Assembly: GCA_964607135.1 (NCBI GenBank)
Contig: CAZSIV010000002.1
Coordinates: forward strand, 45,347-109,346
Direction: 5' to 3'
Length of the DNA stretch: 64,000 nucleotides
Source: an uncultured Oscillospiraceae bacterium
Lineage (GTDB): Bacteria > Bacillota > Clostridia > Oscillospirales > Ruminococcaceae
Shown: positions 54,045 to 64,000 of the stretch, in pieces
Layout: the number at the start of each line of letters is the position of its first letter
Numbering within the stretch: the first letter of the stretch is position 1
The notes under the pieces: generated by a model
Told to the model about the DNA's origin: nothing
The model's input: the letters and a program-made list of their open reading frames with translations, nothing else
The model's database searches: none
Position numbers and translations under genes: made by a program

Positions 54045-55548
54045 CCGGCGGCTTGTGCCGGCTCTCCGCCTTAAAAATTTCCCCATTCCAGTGGATTTCC
54101 ACCGTGACCGGCTTGTCGCTCCTGACTGTGATTTGAGGGCGTTCCCCCTCTTCCCGCGCTGCGCAGAGCAGGTCGACCGACGCGCCGCCGAAGGGATAGT
54201 TTTCAATCCCGTGGCGCTCCGTCCGGTTGACATGCCAGACGATTTTTTCATGTTCGTCATCCGTCCGGATTCCCAGGACGTATTCGAACAGGACGGCAAT
54301 CGGCGCAAGCCCTGTCCAGCCGACGAATTTCGGGCGGGAATGGCTGCCGCGGGCCGCGTCCTCCGGCGCGTAATTTTCCCAGAGGGTGCCGGTCTCGTTA
54401 AACACGCGGACGACGTTTTCAAGGTGGTTGACCGCGATGTCGTAGGCGAGCTTTTCCTCCCCGACCCGGACAAGCCCCTTGAGCAGCATGTAGTTGGTCG
54501 GGGCCCAGACCGAGCCGCGCCAGTAGTCGCCGCCCGGGACATACCCTTCGGTGTCGGCCGAGATCGAGGGGATCAGGTGGGGCCTCCAAAATTCTTCCGG
54601 ATTTTTCAGGTGGGCGAGGAAGGGCTCCAGCCGTTCGGCCGGCACGATGTCGGCCAGCAGCGCCCAATAGGAGCCGATCGTCTTGACATGGTTGAGGGAG
54701 CCGTCCCGCCACCTGTCGAAATAAAAGGCGTCCCGGTCGTCCCAGAGAGTTCCGTTGATAAAAGCGGTCAGGGAATCGATTTCCTTCTCCAGTTCAGCCA
54801 CATCGCTTTCCCGGCGGAGCACCCCCGCCATTTTAACGAGGTATTTCGCCGAGATCACCGCCTGGATGCAGGCGTCCGCCCAGGCCATATGCCCGTGGGA
54901 AAACATGACGTTGTAGCCGGGCTGGAGCCTTGGCATGTTGTCCATCCCGCAGCCCCAGCCGGAGGAATAATAGGAGCCGTCGGGCCAGGTGCGGTTCTCC
55001 TTCATCCAGAGATGGTAGGCGAGGATCGGGTCGAAGACCCGTCCCAGCCGTTCCAGGTCTTTGGTCTGCTCGTAGTACTGCCATTCACTCCAGGCGAGGA
55101 TGTTCGGCCCGGTGGAGGAAGGGTCGTACCGGTGGAAGCTTTCGCCGAGTTCCTCCTCCCAGAGCTCCCGGCAGATGAATCCGTCCGGATACTGGCGGGC
55201 ATACATGTTGTCGAGCGACTTCTGGAAGTTGAAGACCCGTGCCGCGTACCGACCGTACATCGCAATAAAGGCCGTATCCCACATGAAGAGACAGCCGTTA
55301 AAGGCGGTGTCGATGAAGTTCGAAACAAATCCCGCCTCCGGGCTGGGCCTGCGCAGGTTGCTGAAAGCCGTCTGCCAGGCGTAGTCATAGCAGACGATTG
55401 CGTCACCGTGCCCGTCCCAGACCGGACGGGGCAGCTTATCCCGGCTCTCCTCATAAGAAGGAATGGGGGCGTTCTCCGGCGCCCGGCCGATAAAGGCGTT
55501 GCGTTTGACGTAGGGGCATTCGCCGTAGGTTTGATAGGTGATTCCCAT
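54028..55548 (-). CDS. Six-hairpin (alpha/alpha)6 glycoside hydrolase, GH63/MGH1-like
   Basis: 506 aa. The FMWDTAF, YYSSGWGCGMDN and WRGSVWAPTNY patterns are typical of GH63/GH37-type barrels. Assigned from memory. Confidence 0.5.
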   Translation of the reverse strand: MGITYQTYGECPYVKRNAFIGRAPENAPIPSYEESRDKLPRPVWDGHGDAIVCYDYAWQTAFSNLRRPSPEAGFVSNFIDTAFNGCLFMWDTAFIAMYGRYAARVFNFQKSLDNMYARQYPDGFICRELWEEELGESFHRYDPSSTGPNILAWSEWQYYEQTKDLERLGRVFDPILAYHLWMKENRTWPDGSYYSSGWGCGMDNMPRLQPGYNVMFSHGHMAWADACIQAVISAKYLVKMAGVLRRESDVAELEKEIDSLTAFINGTLWDDRDAFYFDRWRDGSLNHVKTIGSYWALLADIVPAERLEPFLAHLKNPEEFWRPHLIPSISADTEGYVPGGDYWRGSVWAPTNYMLLKGLVRVGEEKLAYDIAVNHLENVVRVFNETGTLWENYAPEDAARGSHSRPKFVGWTGLAPIAVLFEYVLGIRTDDEHEKIVWHVNRTERHGIENYPFGGASVDLLCAAREEGERPQITVRSDKPVTVEIHWNGEIFKAESRHKPPVTPPG

Positions 55549-55582
55549 TTTTACCGCTCCTCGCTGCCTTGTGGTGGTTCCG

Positions 55583-56332
55583 TTATTTCATCCCGTCCAG
55601 GAGCTCCCGGATGAGCTTGCCCATCCGCTCCCGGTGGTAGTTGATGACCTTCCAGCCGTTCTCCTCCGTCCCGACGACCCGGGGGTCTTCCCCGAACATC
55701 CCGAGCGGCCAGCCCTCTTCCGGCAGGTTTTCCATGTGAACCAGCTCCGGGTACAGGGCGCGGGTGATCATCGTCTCGTTCCCCGCCGCGTGATCGGACA
55801 TATAGCCCTTCATCTCGGGGGTGTTTTCCATATAGCAGGTGATGACCTTGATCCCGTAGGCTTCCTCCAGCTTTTCCTTGTTCTTTTCCGCCCAGATGAT
55901 CGACGGGCCGTGGCCGTGCATGACGGCGAGCTTGAACCCGGCGCGGGCGAGCTGCTTGACGATGGAGAAGACCATCGCGGAAAACAGCTCTTCATCCATG
56001 TAGTAGATGCTCCCCGGGAGCTGCTGGGTCGGGTAGGCCATAAAGCTTTCGGGGTCTTTTTCAAACCAGAAATCCATCCCGTAGTATTCGGTGCCGTCCG
56101 GCTCGATCTTCTTGGCGTCCGGCGCGCAGAAGAGCATCGGCAGAACGATGCCGCCCACATCCTCGGCCAGCATCCCGAACAGCTCCTCCGACTGGATGCC
56201 GTCCGCCCCGAGCGGGAGATGCGCCCCGTGCCATTCGATGGTTCCCAGCGGCAGGTAGGCGACCGGCGCCTGGGCGAGCCGCTCCTTGAAGGCGGCGGGG
56301 GTGATGTATTTATACTGCACTTCTTTTTTCAT
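55583..56332 (-). CDS. Creatininase-family amidohydrolase
   Basis: LPLGTIEWHGAHLPLGADG and HGHG motifs. The ATG at 56332 follows AAGGAG. Confidence 0.7.
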   Translation of the reverse strand: MKKEVQYKYITPAAFKERLAQAPVAYLPLGTIEWHGAHLPLGADGIQSEELFGMLAEDVGGIVLPMLFCAPDAKKIEPDGTEYYGMDFWFEKDPESFMAYPTQQLPGSIYYMDEELFSAMVFSIVKQLARAGFKLAVMHGHGPSIIWAEKNKEKLEEAYGIKVITCYMENTPEMKGYMSDHAAGNETMITRALYPELVHMENLPEEGWPLGMFGEDPRVVGTEENGWKVINYHRERMGKLIRELLDGMK

Positions 56333-56392
56333 GGTCTTTCTCCTTCCGGACAAAACGCCCGCCGTTTTCTTCGGCGGGCGCCGTCTCTTTTA

Positions 56393-57340
56393 TTATTTCA
56401 TGACCTCTTTAAGCCAGTCGGTCACCCGCTTCATGTTGTCGAGGCTCTCGAAGACAAAGCTCCCGTGCCCCTGGTTGTGGAGCAGGTCGAGGGTGACCTT
56501 TTCCTCCCCGATCACGTCGGAGAGCGCCTTGTCGAAGTCGATCGACTGGAGAACGGGGACGAGGGGATCCTTCGTCCCGTGCTGGATCAGGAAGGGCGGG
56601 CAGTCCTCGGTGATATAGGTCGCGGGGGAAAACTCTTTGACGAGGGCCGGAAATTCCTCCGGGGTGCAGTTGAACACCGCCTTCATGTGCTCGGAAAAAA
56701 CAGGCCCGGCCTGCTGCGCGTCGGTGTAAACCCCCAGCGCCTCGAAGTCTTTCGCCGTGCGGTCGACCCAGATCGGCCCGTACCAGTCGACCACCGCCTG
56801 CACCGATTCGTCGACGTCCGGATTGCCGAGCGCGCGGTCGGTCAACTCGGGCCGGTTTGCGGAGGTTCCCGCAAGAGCCGCCAGATGGCCGCCCGCGGAG
56901 CCGCCGAAAACAGCGATCCGGTTCGGGTCGAGAGAGTATTTACCGGCGTTCGCCCGGACAAACCGGATGGCCGCCTTGACGTCGTGGATCTGCGCCGGAT
57001 GGGGATGCTCCGGCGCCAGCCGGTACCGGATCGACGCGACCGCGAACCCAAAGGGGAGCGCCCGCATCCCGCTGTGCACCTCGAGGTAGTTTTTGTCGCC
57101 CTCCACCCAGCCGCCGCCGTGGATCATGACGATGACCGGGAAGGGGCCATCCCCTTCGTTCGGCAGGTAGATGTCCACCAGCTCGTCTTCGAGCGGGCCG
57201 TAGGGGACATCGAGCCATTTCCGCTTGATTTCGGAGTGGTCGACTACGATTTTGAGCTGTGCCTCCATCTCGGCGGAAAGGGGAGTGTAAACCGTCACCG
57301 GGCCGTTGACGGTCTGAAAGGTTTTCTTTTTTCTCGGCAT
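56393..57340 (-). CDS. Alpha/beta hydrolase (esterase), tandem paralog 1
   Basis: HGGGW oxyanion motif, GGSAGGH nucleophile elbow and a C-terminal HNQGHGS. Confidence 0.75.
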   Translation of the reverse strand: MPRKKKTFQTVNGPVTVYTPLSAEMEAQLKIVVDHSEIKRKWLDVPYGPLEDELVDIYLPNEGDGPFPVIVMIHGGGWVEGDKNYLEVHSGMRALPFGFAVASIRYRLAPEHPHPAQIHDVKAAIRFVRANAGKYSLDPNRIAVFGGSAGGHLAALAGTSANRPELTDRALGNPDVDESVQAVVDWYGPIWVDRTAKDFEALGVYTDAQQAGPVFSEHMKAVFNCTPEEFPALVKEFSPATYITEDCPPFLIQHGTKDPLVPVLQSIDFDKALSDVIGEEKVTLDLLHNQGHGSFVFESLDNMKRVTDWLKEVMK

Positions 57341-57356
57341 TGCTTTTCTCTCCTTT

Positions 57357-58301
57357 CTATTTCATGGCTTCTCTGAGCCAGTCGGTGATCCGTTTGATGT
57401 TGTCGAAGCTCTCACAGACGAGGCTCCCGTGCCCCTGGTTGTGGAGCAGGTCGAGGGTGACTTTTTCCTCCCCGATCACGTCGGAGAGCGCCTTGTCGAA
57501 GTCGATCGACTGGAGGATGGGCACCGTGGTGTCCGCCGTTCCGTGCTGGATCAAAAAAGGCGGGCAGTCTTTCGTGATGTAGGCCGCGGGGGAGAATGCG
57601 GCCGCCTTTTCCGGGAGCTCCTCCGGCGTGCACTGGAGCAGCGCGCAGAGCCACTCCTCCCTAGAGGCCGCCTGCTGCGCGTCGGTGTAAACCCCCAGCG
57701 CCTCGAAGTCTTTCGCCGTCCGGTCGACCCAGATCGGCCCGTACCAGTCGACCACCGCCTGCACCGATTCATCGACGTCCGGGTTGCCGAGCGAGCGGTC
57801 GGTCAGCTCCGGGACATGGGGTGCAGTGCCGGCAAGGGCCGCCAGATGGCCGCCCGCGGAGCCGCCCCATGTGGCGATCCGGTTCGGGTCGAGCCCGTAC
57901 TTTTCGGCGTTCGCCCGCAGGAAGCGGATGGCGGCCTTGACGTCCTGAATCTGGGCCGGGTGGGGATGCTCCGGCCCGAGGCGGTAGTTGATCGACGCGA
58001 CGGCAAAGCCGAAGGCGACCGACTTGATCCCGCCGTTCGGCTCCCAGTAGGTCTTGTCCCCGTCGCACCAGCCGCCGCCGTGGATCATGACGATGACCGG
58101 GAAGGGGCCATCCCCTTCGTTCGGGAAATAGAGATCCAGTACTTCCTCCTTGAGGGGCCCATAGGGGAGGTCGATGATCTTCCGTTTGATCCAGGAGCGG
58201 TCGCACTGGACGCGGAGGGTGTTCTGGAAGTCGATGCTGATCGGGACGTTCGCCGTCACCGGGCCGTTCGGGGTTTGAAAAGTCTGTTTTTTTCTCGGCA
58301 T
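57357..58301 (-). CDS. Alpha/beta hydrolase (esterase), tandem paralog 2
   Basis: Same motifs. Shares near-identical DNA tracts with paralog 1. Confidence 0.75.
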   Translation of the reverse strand: MPRKKQTFQTPNGPVTANVPISIDFQNTLRVQCDRSWIKRKIIDLPYGPLKEEVLDLYFPNEGDGPFPVIVMIHGGGWCDGDKTYWEPNGGIKSVAFGFAVASINYRLGPEHPHPAQIQDVKAAIRFLRANAEKYGLDPNRIATWGGSAGGHLAALAGTAPHVPELTDRSLGNPDVDESVQAVVDWYGPIWVDRTAKDFEALGVYTDAQQAASREEWLCALLQCTPEELPEKAAAFSPAAYITKDCPPFLIQHGTADTTVPILQSIDFDKALSDVIGEEKVTLDLLHNQGHGSLVCESFDNIKRITDWLREAMK

Positions 58302-58316
58302 TGTTTTTTCTCCTTT

Positions 58317-59267
58317 CTATTTCATGGCTTCTCTGAGCCAATCGGTGATCCGCTTGATGTTGTCGTAGCTTTCGAAGACGAGGCTTCCATGCCCCTGGTT
58401 ATGGAGCAGGTCGAGGGTGACCTTTTCCTCCCCGACCACCTCTGTGAGGGCTTTGTCAAACCGGATCGACTGGAGGATGGGCACCATCGTGTCCGCCGTC
58501 CCATGCTGGATCAGAAAGGGCGGACAATCCTTGGTGATGTACGAAATCGGAGAAAACGCCTTCGCATGGAGCGGAACCTCCTCCGGGGCGCAATGAAACA
58601 CTTTGCAGGCGATCGAATCGCTGCCGGCGTCCCCCTGGAGCGCGTCGGTAAAAACGTTCAGCGCCTCGAAATCCTGATTCATAAGGTCGATCCGGGTGGG
58701 GCCGTACCAGTCGACCACCGCCTGCACCGATTCGTCGACGTCCGGGTTGCCCAGCGAGCGATCGGTCAGCTCGGAACGGTTCGCGGAGGTGCCCGCCAGG
58801 CTGACTAGGTGCCCTCCCGCCGACGCGCCCCAAAGGGCGACCTTCCCGGCGTCGAGATTGTACTTCTCCGCGTTTGCTTTGATAAAACGGATCGCGGCTT
58901 TGACGTCGTGAATCTGGGCCGGATGGGGGAACTCGGGCGCCAGCCGGTAGCGAACTGAAGCCACGGCGAACCCGAACCGGACGGCCTTAAAGCCGCTGTG
59001 GAACTCCCAGTAATCCTTGTCCCCGTTGATCCAGCCGCCGCCGTGGACAAAGATGACGACCGGAAAGGGCCCATCCCCCTCGTTCGGCAGGTAGAGGTCG
59101 AGAACCTCATTTTTCGCATCGGGGCCGTAGGGAAGGTCGATCCATTTCCGTTTGATGTCGGACGAATCGATGAGGATTCGCATAGAGTTTTCAAACTCGT
59201 AGCTGAGCGGGACGTTTGCCGTGATCGGGCCGTCTGGGGTTTGAAAGGTCTGTTTTTTTCTCGGCAT
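58317..59267 (-). CDS. Alpha/beta hydrolase (esterase), tandem paralog 3
   Basis: HGGGW, GASAGGH and HNQGHGS motifs. Confidence 0.75.
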   Translation of the reverse strand: MPRKKQTFQTPDGPITANVPLSYEFENSMRILIDSSDIKRKWIDLPYGPDAKNEVLDLYLPNEGDGPFPVVIFVHGGGWINGDKDYWEFHSGFKAVRFGFAVASVRYRLAPEFPHPAQIHDVKAAIRFIKANAEKYNLDAGKVALWGASAGGHLVSLAGTSANRSELTDRSLGNPDVDESVQAVVDWYGPTRIDLMNQDFEALNVFTDALQGDAGSDSIACKVFHCAPEEVPLHAKAFSPISYITKDCPPFLIQHGTADTMVPILQSIRFDKALTEVVGEEKVTLDLLHNQGHGSLVFESYDNIKRITDWLREAMK

Positions 59268-59301
59268 GATGCTTCATCCTAATCAAATCATAATCGACGC
59301 T

Positions 59302-60225
59302 TTATTTTAAGTATTTGTCCAGGAAACGGAAGACGCGCCGTAAATTTTCATCCGAGCCGAAGGCGTCCCCGCCGTGCTCCGCCCCCTCCAGGATGTCGAG
59401 CTCCACCTTTTCCGGGCCGATGACCGCGCGGAGGGCGGCGGCAAAATCGGTCGCCTGCTCGAGCGGCACCAGGTCGTCCCGGGTGCCGTGCTGGATCAAA
59501 AAGGGCGGGCAGTCGGGTGTGATGTAGCGGCTGGCGCAGAATTCGCGGAATTTTTCGGGGAGTTCCTCGTTGGTACAGCCAAAGAGCTGGCGGTGAAGCG
59601 CGTGCGGATCAGCCGCAAAGGATGCCCGCCGCGGGAAGGCCCCGGGTTTTGCGAACTGTTCGTCCGTTTTGCTGAAATCGATCCCGCCGTACCAGTCGAC
59701 CACCGCTGCAACCCGCTCGGACTGCTCCGGGTTCCCCATTGTGCGGTCGGTCAGGACTTCCTTGTCGGCGGTTGTCGCCGCAAGGCAGGAAAGGGCGGCC
59801 CCAGCCGAACCGCCCCAGAGCGCGATTTTATCCGGCAGGAGCCCGTATTCGGCGGCGTGGGCTTTGACGAACCGGACGGCCGCCTTGACGTCGTTGATCT
59901 GGGCCGGATGAGGGGCCTGCTGGGAGTAGCGGTAATTCATCGAAACGACGGCGTAGCCGTAATCCAGCGCTTTGACAACCGCCTTGAATTCGCCGTAGGT
60001 TTTGTCGCCGGAGCGGAACCCGCCGCCGTAGATGCAGAAGGCGACCGGGAACGGCCCCTCTTTGCCGTTGGGGTGGTAGATGTCCAGAACCTGGCGCTCG
60101 TGCGGAACGCCGTCCACATAAGGGATGTCGAGCCACTTTTTCCGAATGTAGCTCGTATCGAGGGGAATTTCGCGGGGGTCACGGATTTTTTCGGGATCGG
60201 CGGTAAATGCTGGCATGTCTTTCAT
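59302..60225 (-). CDS. Alpha/beta hydrolase (esterase), tandem paralog 4 (most divergent)
   Basis: YGGGF, GGSAGA and EGAEHGG motifs. Same architecture as the other three. Confidence 0.7.
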   Translation of the reverse strand: MKDMPAFTADPEKIRDPREIPLDTSYIRKKWLDIPYVDGVPHERQVLDIYHPNGKEGPFPVAFCIYGGGFRSGDKTYGEFKAVVKALDYGYAVVSMNYRYSQQAPHPAQINDVKAAVRFVKAHAAEYGLLPDKIALWGGSAGAALSCLAATTADKEVLTDRTMGNPEQSERVAAVVDWYGGIDFSKTDEQFAKPGAFPRRASFAADPHALHRQLFGCTNEELPEKFREFCASRYITPDCPPFLIQHGTRDDLVPLEQATDFAAALRAVIGPEKVELDILEGAEHGGDAFGSDENLRRVFRFLDKYLK

Positions 60226-60807
60226 CCTTTCCGAGACTGTTATTATTGTTAAAGAGGAAAATTCTTATTTTTCATTCTATCACAACCGTGAAAGAGGCGC
60301 AATCGGATGCCGAATATTTTAGCGCCGCTTAGACAAAACAATCGGAGTACCATGATGTGCCGCAGGGCGGATTTACTGCTTTGCAGGACGATAGCCCGGT
60401 CACTGATAAAGCGTTTGTGCGCGGCTGTGCTCACCGGGACTGTCCGGCGTTGCCTCCGTCAATCGAGAGCGGATTGATTCGACAAATTTATGTAAAATTC
60501 AAAAAAAGCCTAGGCGAAATCCATGCTTTATGGTACAATAACCGCAGAGCGGCTATGATGTTTCGTTTCATGGCCAAAGCTTCTGCGCCGTGAGTACAGG
60601 CAGAGCCTGCAAAGGCGGAGGAAATCTTGATCGTTCCTGTTTTGCACGGCCGTACGCGCGGAACGGAATTAAGATGTCATCCGGGACAGTGCCGGCGGTT
60701 CCACTTTGCAGATTCCGTCGTTGGATCGCGGACTTCCCAATTTCCGGATGTTAAAATAGAGAACGTTTTTGATTAAATCATCTAAAATCGATCGGTGGGG
60801 GTAGTAT

Positions 60808-62625
60808 ATGGACTGGTTCAACCTGATTGTTTCGCTTGGCGGGGGGCTGGCCCTCTTCCTGTTTGGAATGAACGTCTTGAGCAACAGCCTGGAAAAGCTT
60901 TCCGGCGGCCGGATGGAAAAGACTTTGGAAAAGCTGACCAACAGCGTTTGGAAGGGCGTTTTATTGGGGGCGCTGGTCACTGCGGTGATTCAGAGCTCAA
61001 CGGCGACCACGATGATTGTGGTCGGTCTGGTCAACGCGGGGATTTTAAAGCTCCGTTCCTGCATCGGCGTCATCATGGGCGCCAACATCGGGACGACGAT
61101 TACCGCCCAGATTCTGCGGATCGGCGGCTTCGAAAGCGATGCGAATGCAAACTTTTTTATGAACCTGCTCAAGCCGACCACCCTCGCTCCGATCATCGCG
61201 GTGATCGGCATCGTCTTCCTCATGGCGGGGAAGCGGGCGAAATACAAGGACATCGGAACCATCATGCTGGGGTTTGCGGTTCTCTTTACCGGGATGTTCA
61301 CAATGGAGGAGGCGGTCGGGCCGCTGGCGGAGGTTCCCGCCTTTTCGCAGGCCTTTGCAACGCTGCAAAATCCCTTTTTGGGGATTCTGGCGGGCATCGT
61401 CGTCACGGTTATCATTCAGAGCTCTTCTGCATCCGTCGGTATTTTGCAGGCGCTTTCGGCAACCGGGGCGATTACATACGCATCCGCTGTCCCGATCATT
61501 CTGGGGCAGAATATCGGAACCTGCCTGACGACGGCTCTGCTCGCGAGCATCGGCGCCTCAAAAAACGCCAAGCGCACGGCGATCGTCCATTGTTATTTCA
61601 ATATCATCGGCTCGATTTTGTTCTTAGCCGTCGTTTACACCATCCAGTCTACGATCGGGTTCCCCTTCTGGTTTGACGCGGTGGATAAAGGCGGGATCGC
61701 GAATTTCCACACCATCTTCAATGTCTCCGTCACCCTGGTGTTCATCCCGTTTGCCGGGCTTTTGGAGAAGCTGGCGAAGTTTACGATCCGCGGGGACGAC
61801 GAAGACGGCGCCGACGGCGAAACAAGCCTGCTCGACGAACGGCTGCTTGTCTCCCCCGGCCTTGCGCTGGCCCAGTGTATGACCCTTCTCAAACGGATGG
61901 CCGGCTTTGCCAGGCAGAATCTTTTAGATGCGATGGCGCTTTTTCCCAAATTTGACAAAAAAGGCTTTGACCGGGTGATGGAGCAGGAGGAAATCATCGA
62001 CCGGATCCAAGACCGTTTGGATAACTACCTGCAAAAGATGACGGATGAGCGGGAACTGACCGACAGCGAAAGCAGGCAGATCACCTACCTGCTTCACCTG
62101 GTTTCAGAAATTGAACGGATCGGCGACTATGCGGTCAATATCGCCGACCGGGCGGACATGTGCCAAAACCGTGGAACCAAGTTCTCGCAGAAGGGTATGG
62201 CGGAGATGAAGACGATGTTCACTGCCGTCGAAGAGATCGTCACGATTACGGCATCCAGCGTGGAGAATACCGACGTCAAGTCCGCGCTGTTGGTCGAGCC
62301 GCTTGAGCAGACCATCGACGTGCTGGAGGAAGCCCTGAAATCGAAGCATATCCAGAGGATCAAAAAGGGCAAATGCTCCGTCGACGCCGGGATCATCTTT
62401 TTGGAGACCATCGCCGACCTGGAGCGTGTGGCGGACCACTGCTCCAACATCGCGGTTTACGTCATCGGGGACAATCGGCTCAGCGCCGAGCGCAGCCTGA
62501 TGATCGAAGGAGAGGTAAACCAGCACGCATTCCTGCACCGGATGCATGAAGAGGGCGGCACGGTTTATGAAAACGCGATGAAAATGTTTATGGAAAAATA
62601 TGTAACGCCGTTGAAAAAAGAGTGA
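60808..62625 (+). CDS. Na/Pi cotransporter family protein with PhoU-like C-terminal domain
   Basis: N-terminal LALFLFGMNVLSNSLEKLSG and the repeated QSSSA(T/S) motifs of NptA repeats, followed by a helical PhoU-like tail. Confidence 0.8.
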   Translation: MDWFNLIVSLGGGLALFLFGMNVLSNSLEKLSGGRMEKTLEKLTNSVWKGVLLGALVTAVIQSSTATTMIVVGLVNAGILKLRSCIGVIMGANIGTTITAQILRIGGFESDANANFFMNLLKPTTLAPIIAVIGIVFLMAGKRAKYKDIGTIMLGFAVLFTGMFTMEEAVGPLAEVPAFSQAFATLQNPFLGILAGIVVTVIIQSSSASVGILQALSATGAITYASAVPIILGQNIGTCLTTALLASIGASKNAKRTAIVHCYFNIIGSILFLAVVYTIQSTIGFPFWFDAVDKGGIANFHTIFNVSVTLVFIPFAGLLEKLAKFTIRGDDEDGADGETSLLDERLLVSPGLALAQCMTLLKRMAGFARQNLLDAMALFPKFDKKGFDRVMEQEEIIDRIQDRLDNYLQKMTDERELTDSESRQITYLLHLVSEIERIGDYAVNIADRADMCQNRGTKFSQKGMAEMKTMFTAVEEIVTITASSVENTDVKSALLVEPLEQTIDVLEEALKSKHIQRIKKGKCSVDAGIIFLETIADLERVADHCSNIAVYVIGDNRLSAERSLMIEGEVNQHAFLHRMHEEGGTVYENAMKMFMEKYVTPLKKE

Positions 62626-63521
62626 GGCGACAGTTTGGATTGAGAAGAATTTTTAAGAAGCGGCTGTTCGATCTCTTTGCGTTGGGGATCGCCGCGGCGG
62701 CTATTCTGATTTCTTTGTCTGCCGCCTGTAATCTTGACGGATCGAGTCGGGAGAAAACTGATTCTGGGGCCCTGTCCTCTGTTTCAGAGATTTCGGAGCT
62801 TTCGTCGGCAGAGTCAAGCGAGCCCTTTTCCACGAGTTCCGAACCATCCTTTTCCGTTTCAGAAGCTCCACAAGCAGCGCCAAATAGTTCCTCTTCGGCG
62901 AGTCCCAAACCGCCCTCTGAGCCTTCGCAGCCTGTTCACCAGGGCGGTTCGTCCGCTCCGGCTCCCGCATCTGCGGCGGCCGGGGACGACTATTTCAGCG
63001 ATGCGCTCTTTATCGGGGATTCTTTGACAAACGGCCTTTATCTTTACGGCGACATCCGCACGGCGGCGTATTGTTATGAGACCAGCGCGTCGACAGCCGG
63101 GATTTTCAGCGCGACCCCGCTCGACTCGATGCTGCGGTCGAAACGTTACGGCAAAATTTATATCCTGCTTGGCATCAATGAGGTGGGCGGCGATTTGGCG
63201 CGGTATCTCGACAATTACAGAAGTGTTCTGCGGAAGATTCGCGCTGCCCAGCCCGATGCGATTGTGTATATTCAGACCCTCCTGCCGACCAATCCTTCGA
63301 TGACCTGGAGTCCGTCGGCTTTCTCCGTCCGGAATGTGACCGAGAAAAACCGGGGGCTGAAACAGCTTGCGGAAGAGGAAGGCGCGTACCTTTTAGACCT
63401 CTATTCCGTCTATGCCGACGAGAACGGGGAGATGCCCGCCGCGTATTGCAGGGACGGCGTCCACCCTTATGAAGCGTACTATAAAAATTGGTGCGATTAT
63501 CTGCGCACCCATACGGTTTGA
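62622..63521 (+). CDS. SGNH/GDSL hydrolase with N-terminal membrane anchor and Ser-rich linker
   Basis: Block I FIGDSLTNG, block III GINE and block V DGVHP. Confidence 0.75.
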   Translation: MRRQFGLRRIFKKRLFDLFALGIAAAAILISLSAACNLDGSSREKTDSGALSSVSEISELSSAESSEPFSTSSEPSFSVSEAPQAAPNSSSSASPKPPSEPSQPVHQGGSSAPAPASAAAGDDYFSDALFIGDSLTNGLYLYGDIRTAAYCYETSASTAGIFSATPLDSMLRSKRYGKIYILLGINEVGGDLARYLDNYRSVLRKIRAAQPDAIVYIQTLLPTNPSMTWSPSAFSVRNVTEKNRGLKQLAEEEGAYLLDLYSVYADENGEMPAAYCRDGVHPYEAYYKNWCDYLRTHTV

Positions 63522-63696
63522 TCGGATTCAAAAACGATTTTCGGCGGCGACCCGATCCATTCGGGGTTGCCGGCCGATCAAATGAAAAAAGCCGGATGGA
63601 AGCGAGCCCATCCAGCTTTTTAAAATTGTATTTTCTTTCCTCCGCGCTTCTGAGAGGCGCTGTGGCGCCTTTTGTAAAAATATCGGACAGGGAGGG

Positions 63697-64000
63697 TCAG
63701 TCGAACAGGTTTTTCGGCTTCGCCTCGTTTTTCAGGTAGGCGCTGAAGTTCCCGTTTGTGTCGCAGGTCGCAAGGATGATGTCCGAAACGTCTTTGATCT
63801 TCTGCTCCTTCATTTGATGTCTCAGCCACTCCCGGTTTTTCCCGATGGCTTCAAGGTGCTTTTCCATCACCTGCCCATCGATGACGACGTTGGCGCACAA
63901 GCCCTCCTCCGGCGGGGTCAGGTTCATGTCCTCCGGCGTAGCCGGGCGCTTGTCGCTCCTCGGCAGGATGCTGAGCTTTCCGTTTGTCTCCAGGATGGCG
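63697..64000 (-). CDS. DUF421/YetF-like protein, C-terminal part (gene runs off the window)
   Basis: VIDGQVMEKHLEAIGKNREWLRHQMKEQKIKDVSDIILATCDTNGNF is the YetF C-domain pattern. The open frame continues to position 64000. Confidence 0.55.
   Translation of the reverse strand, partial: AILETNGKLSILPRSDKRPATPEDMNLTPPEEGLCANVVIDGQVMEKHLEAIGKNREWLRHQMKEQKIKDVSDIILATCDTNGNFSAYLKNEAKPKNLFD

Noticed and set aside
53490-60252. Series of long ORFs antisense to the GH63-like/creatininase/esterase operon and SLOG gene (53490-54542 minus; 53893-55614, 55538-57376, 57429-58808, 59374-60252 plus)
   Set aside because: They are shadow frames of GC-rich genes. They are V/R/G/P/D-rich, carry no motifs, and each is fully covered by a motif-bearing gene on the other strand.

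Overview
The window has two parts. (1) Positions 1 to about 25610 are the right-hand part of a Firmicutes-type integrative conjugative element (ICE). It carries a type IV secretion module (VirB2-like, VirD4-type coupling protein, VirB6-like, PrgI/VirB3-like, VirB4 and a lysozyme+M23 wall hydrolase), a MOBP-like relaxase with RHH accessory proteins, RepA_N, two paralogous Phd-ParE pairs, a Fic protein and a small tyrosine recombinase. The element ends at the 3' end of tRNA-Lys(UUU), and its left end lies outside the window. (2) Positions 25.7-64 kb are visibly GC-richer, Clostridia-like chromosome. This part holds lepA, a GH3 lipoprotein, hemW, several carbohydrate-active enzymes, Fe-ADH and an enoate-reductase-like flavoprotein. 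It also holds two tandem beta-helix paralogs, a csoR-P1B ATPase pair, an AT-rich islet with dinJ-yafQ and XRE genes, four tandem esterase paralogs, a Na/Pi cotransporter and an SGNH hydrolase. The signals I rate most worth following are these. (a) A family of lox-like 27-nt palindromes divides the ICE right end into single-gene units around the recombinase. (b) Two tandem 125-bp promoter-hairpin-terminator units sit directly upstream of fic. (c) A promoter-driven, ORF-free, hairpin-rich stretch of about 560 nt lies next to tRNA-Lys and may be a large ncRNA. (d) A 1.1-kb ORF-free gap at 46.1-47.1 kb is filled with at least seven copies of a GC-rich unit of about 75 nt, arranged as inverted pairs. 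All functional calls come from motifs read by eye in the supplied translations; no database search was possible. No rRNA genes or CRISPR arrays were seen.
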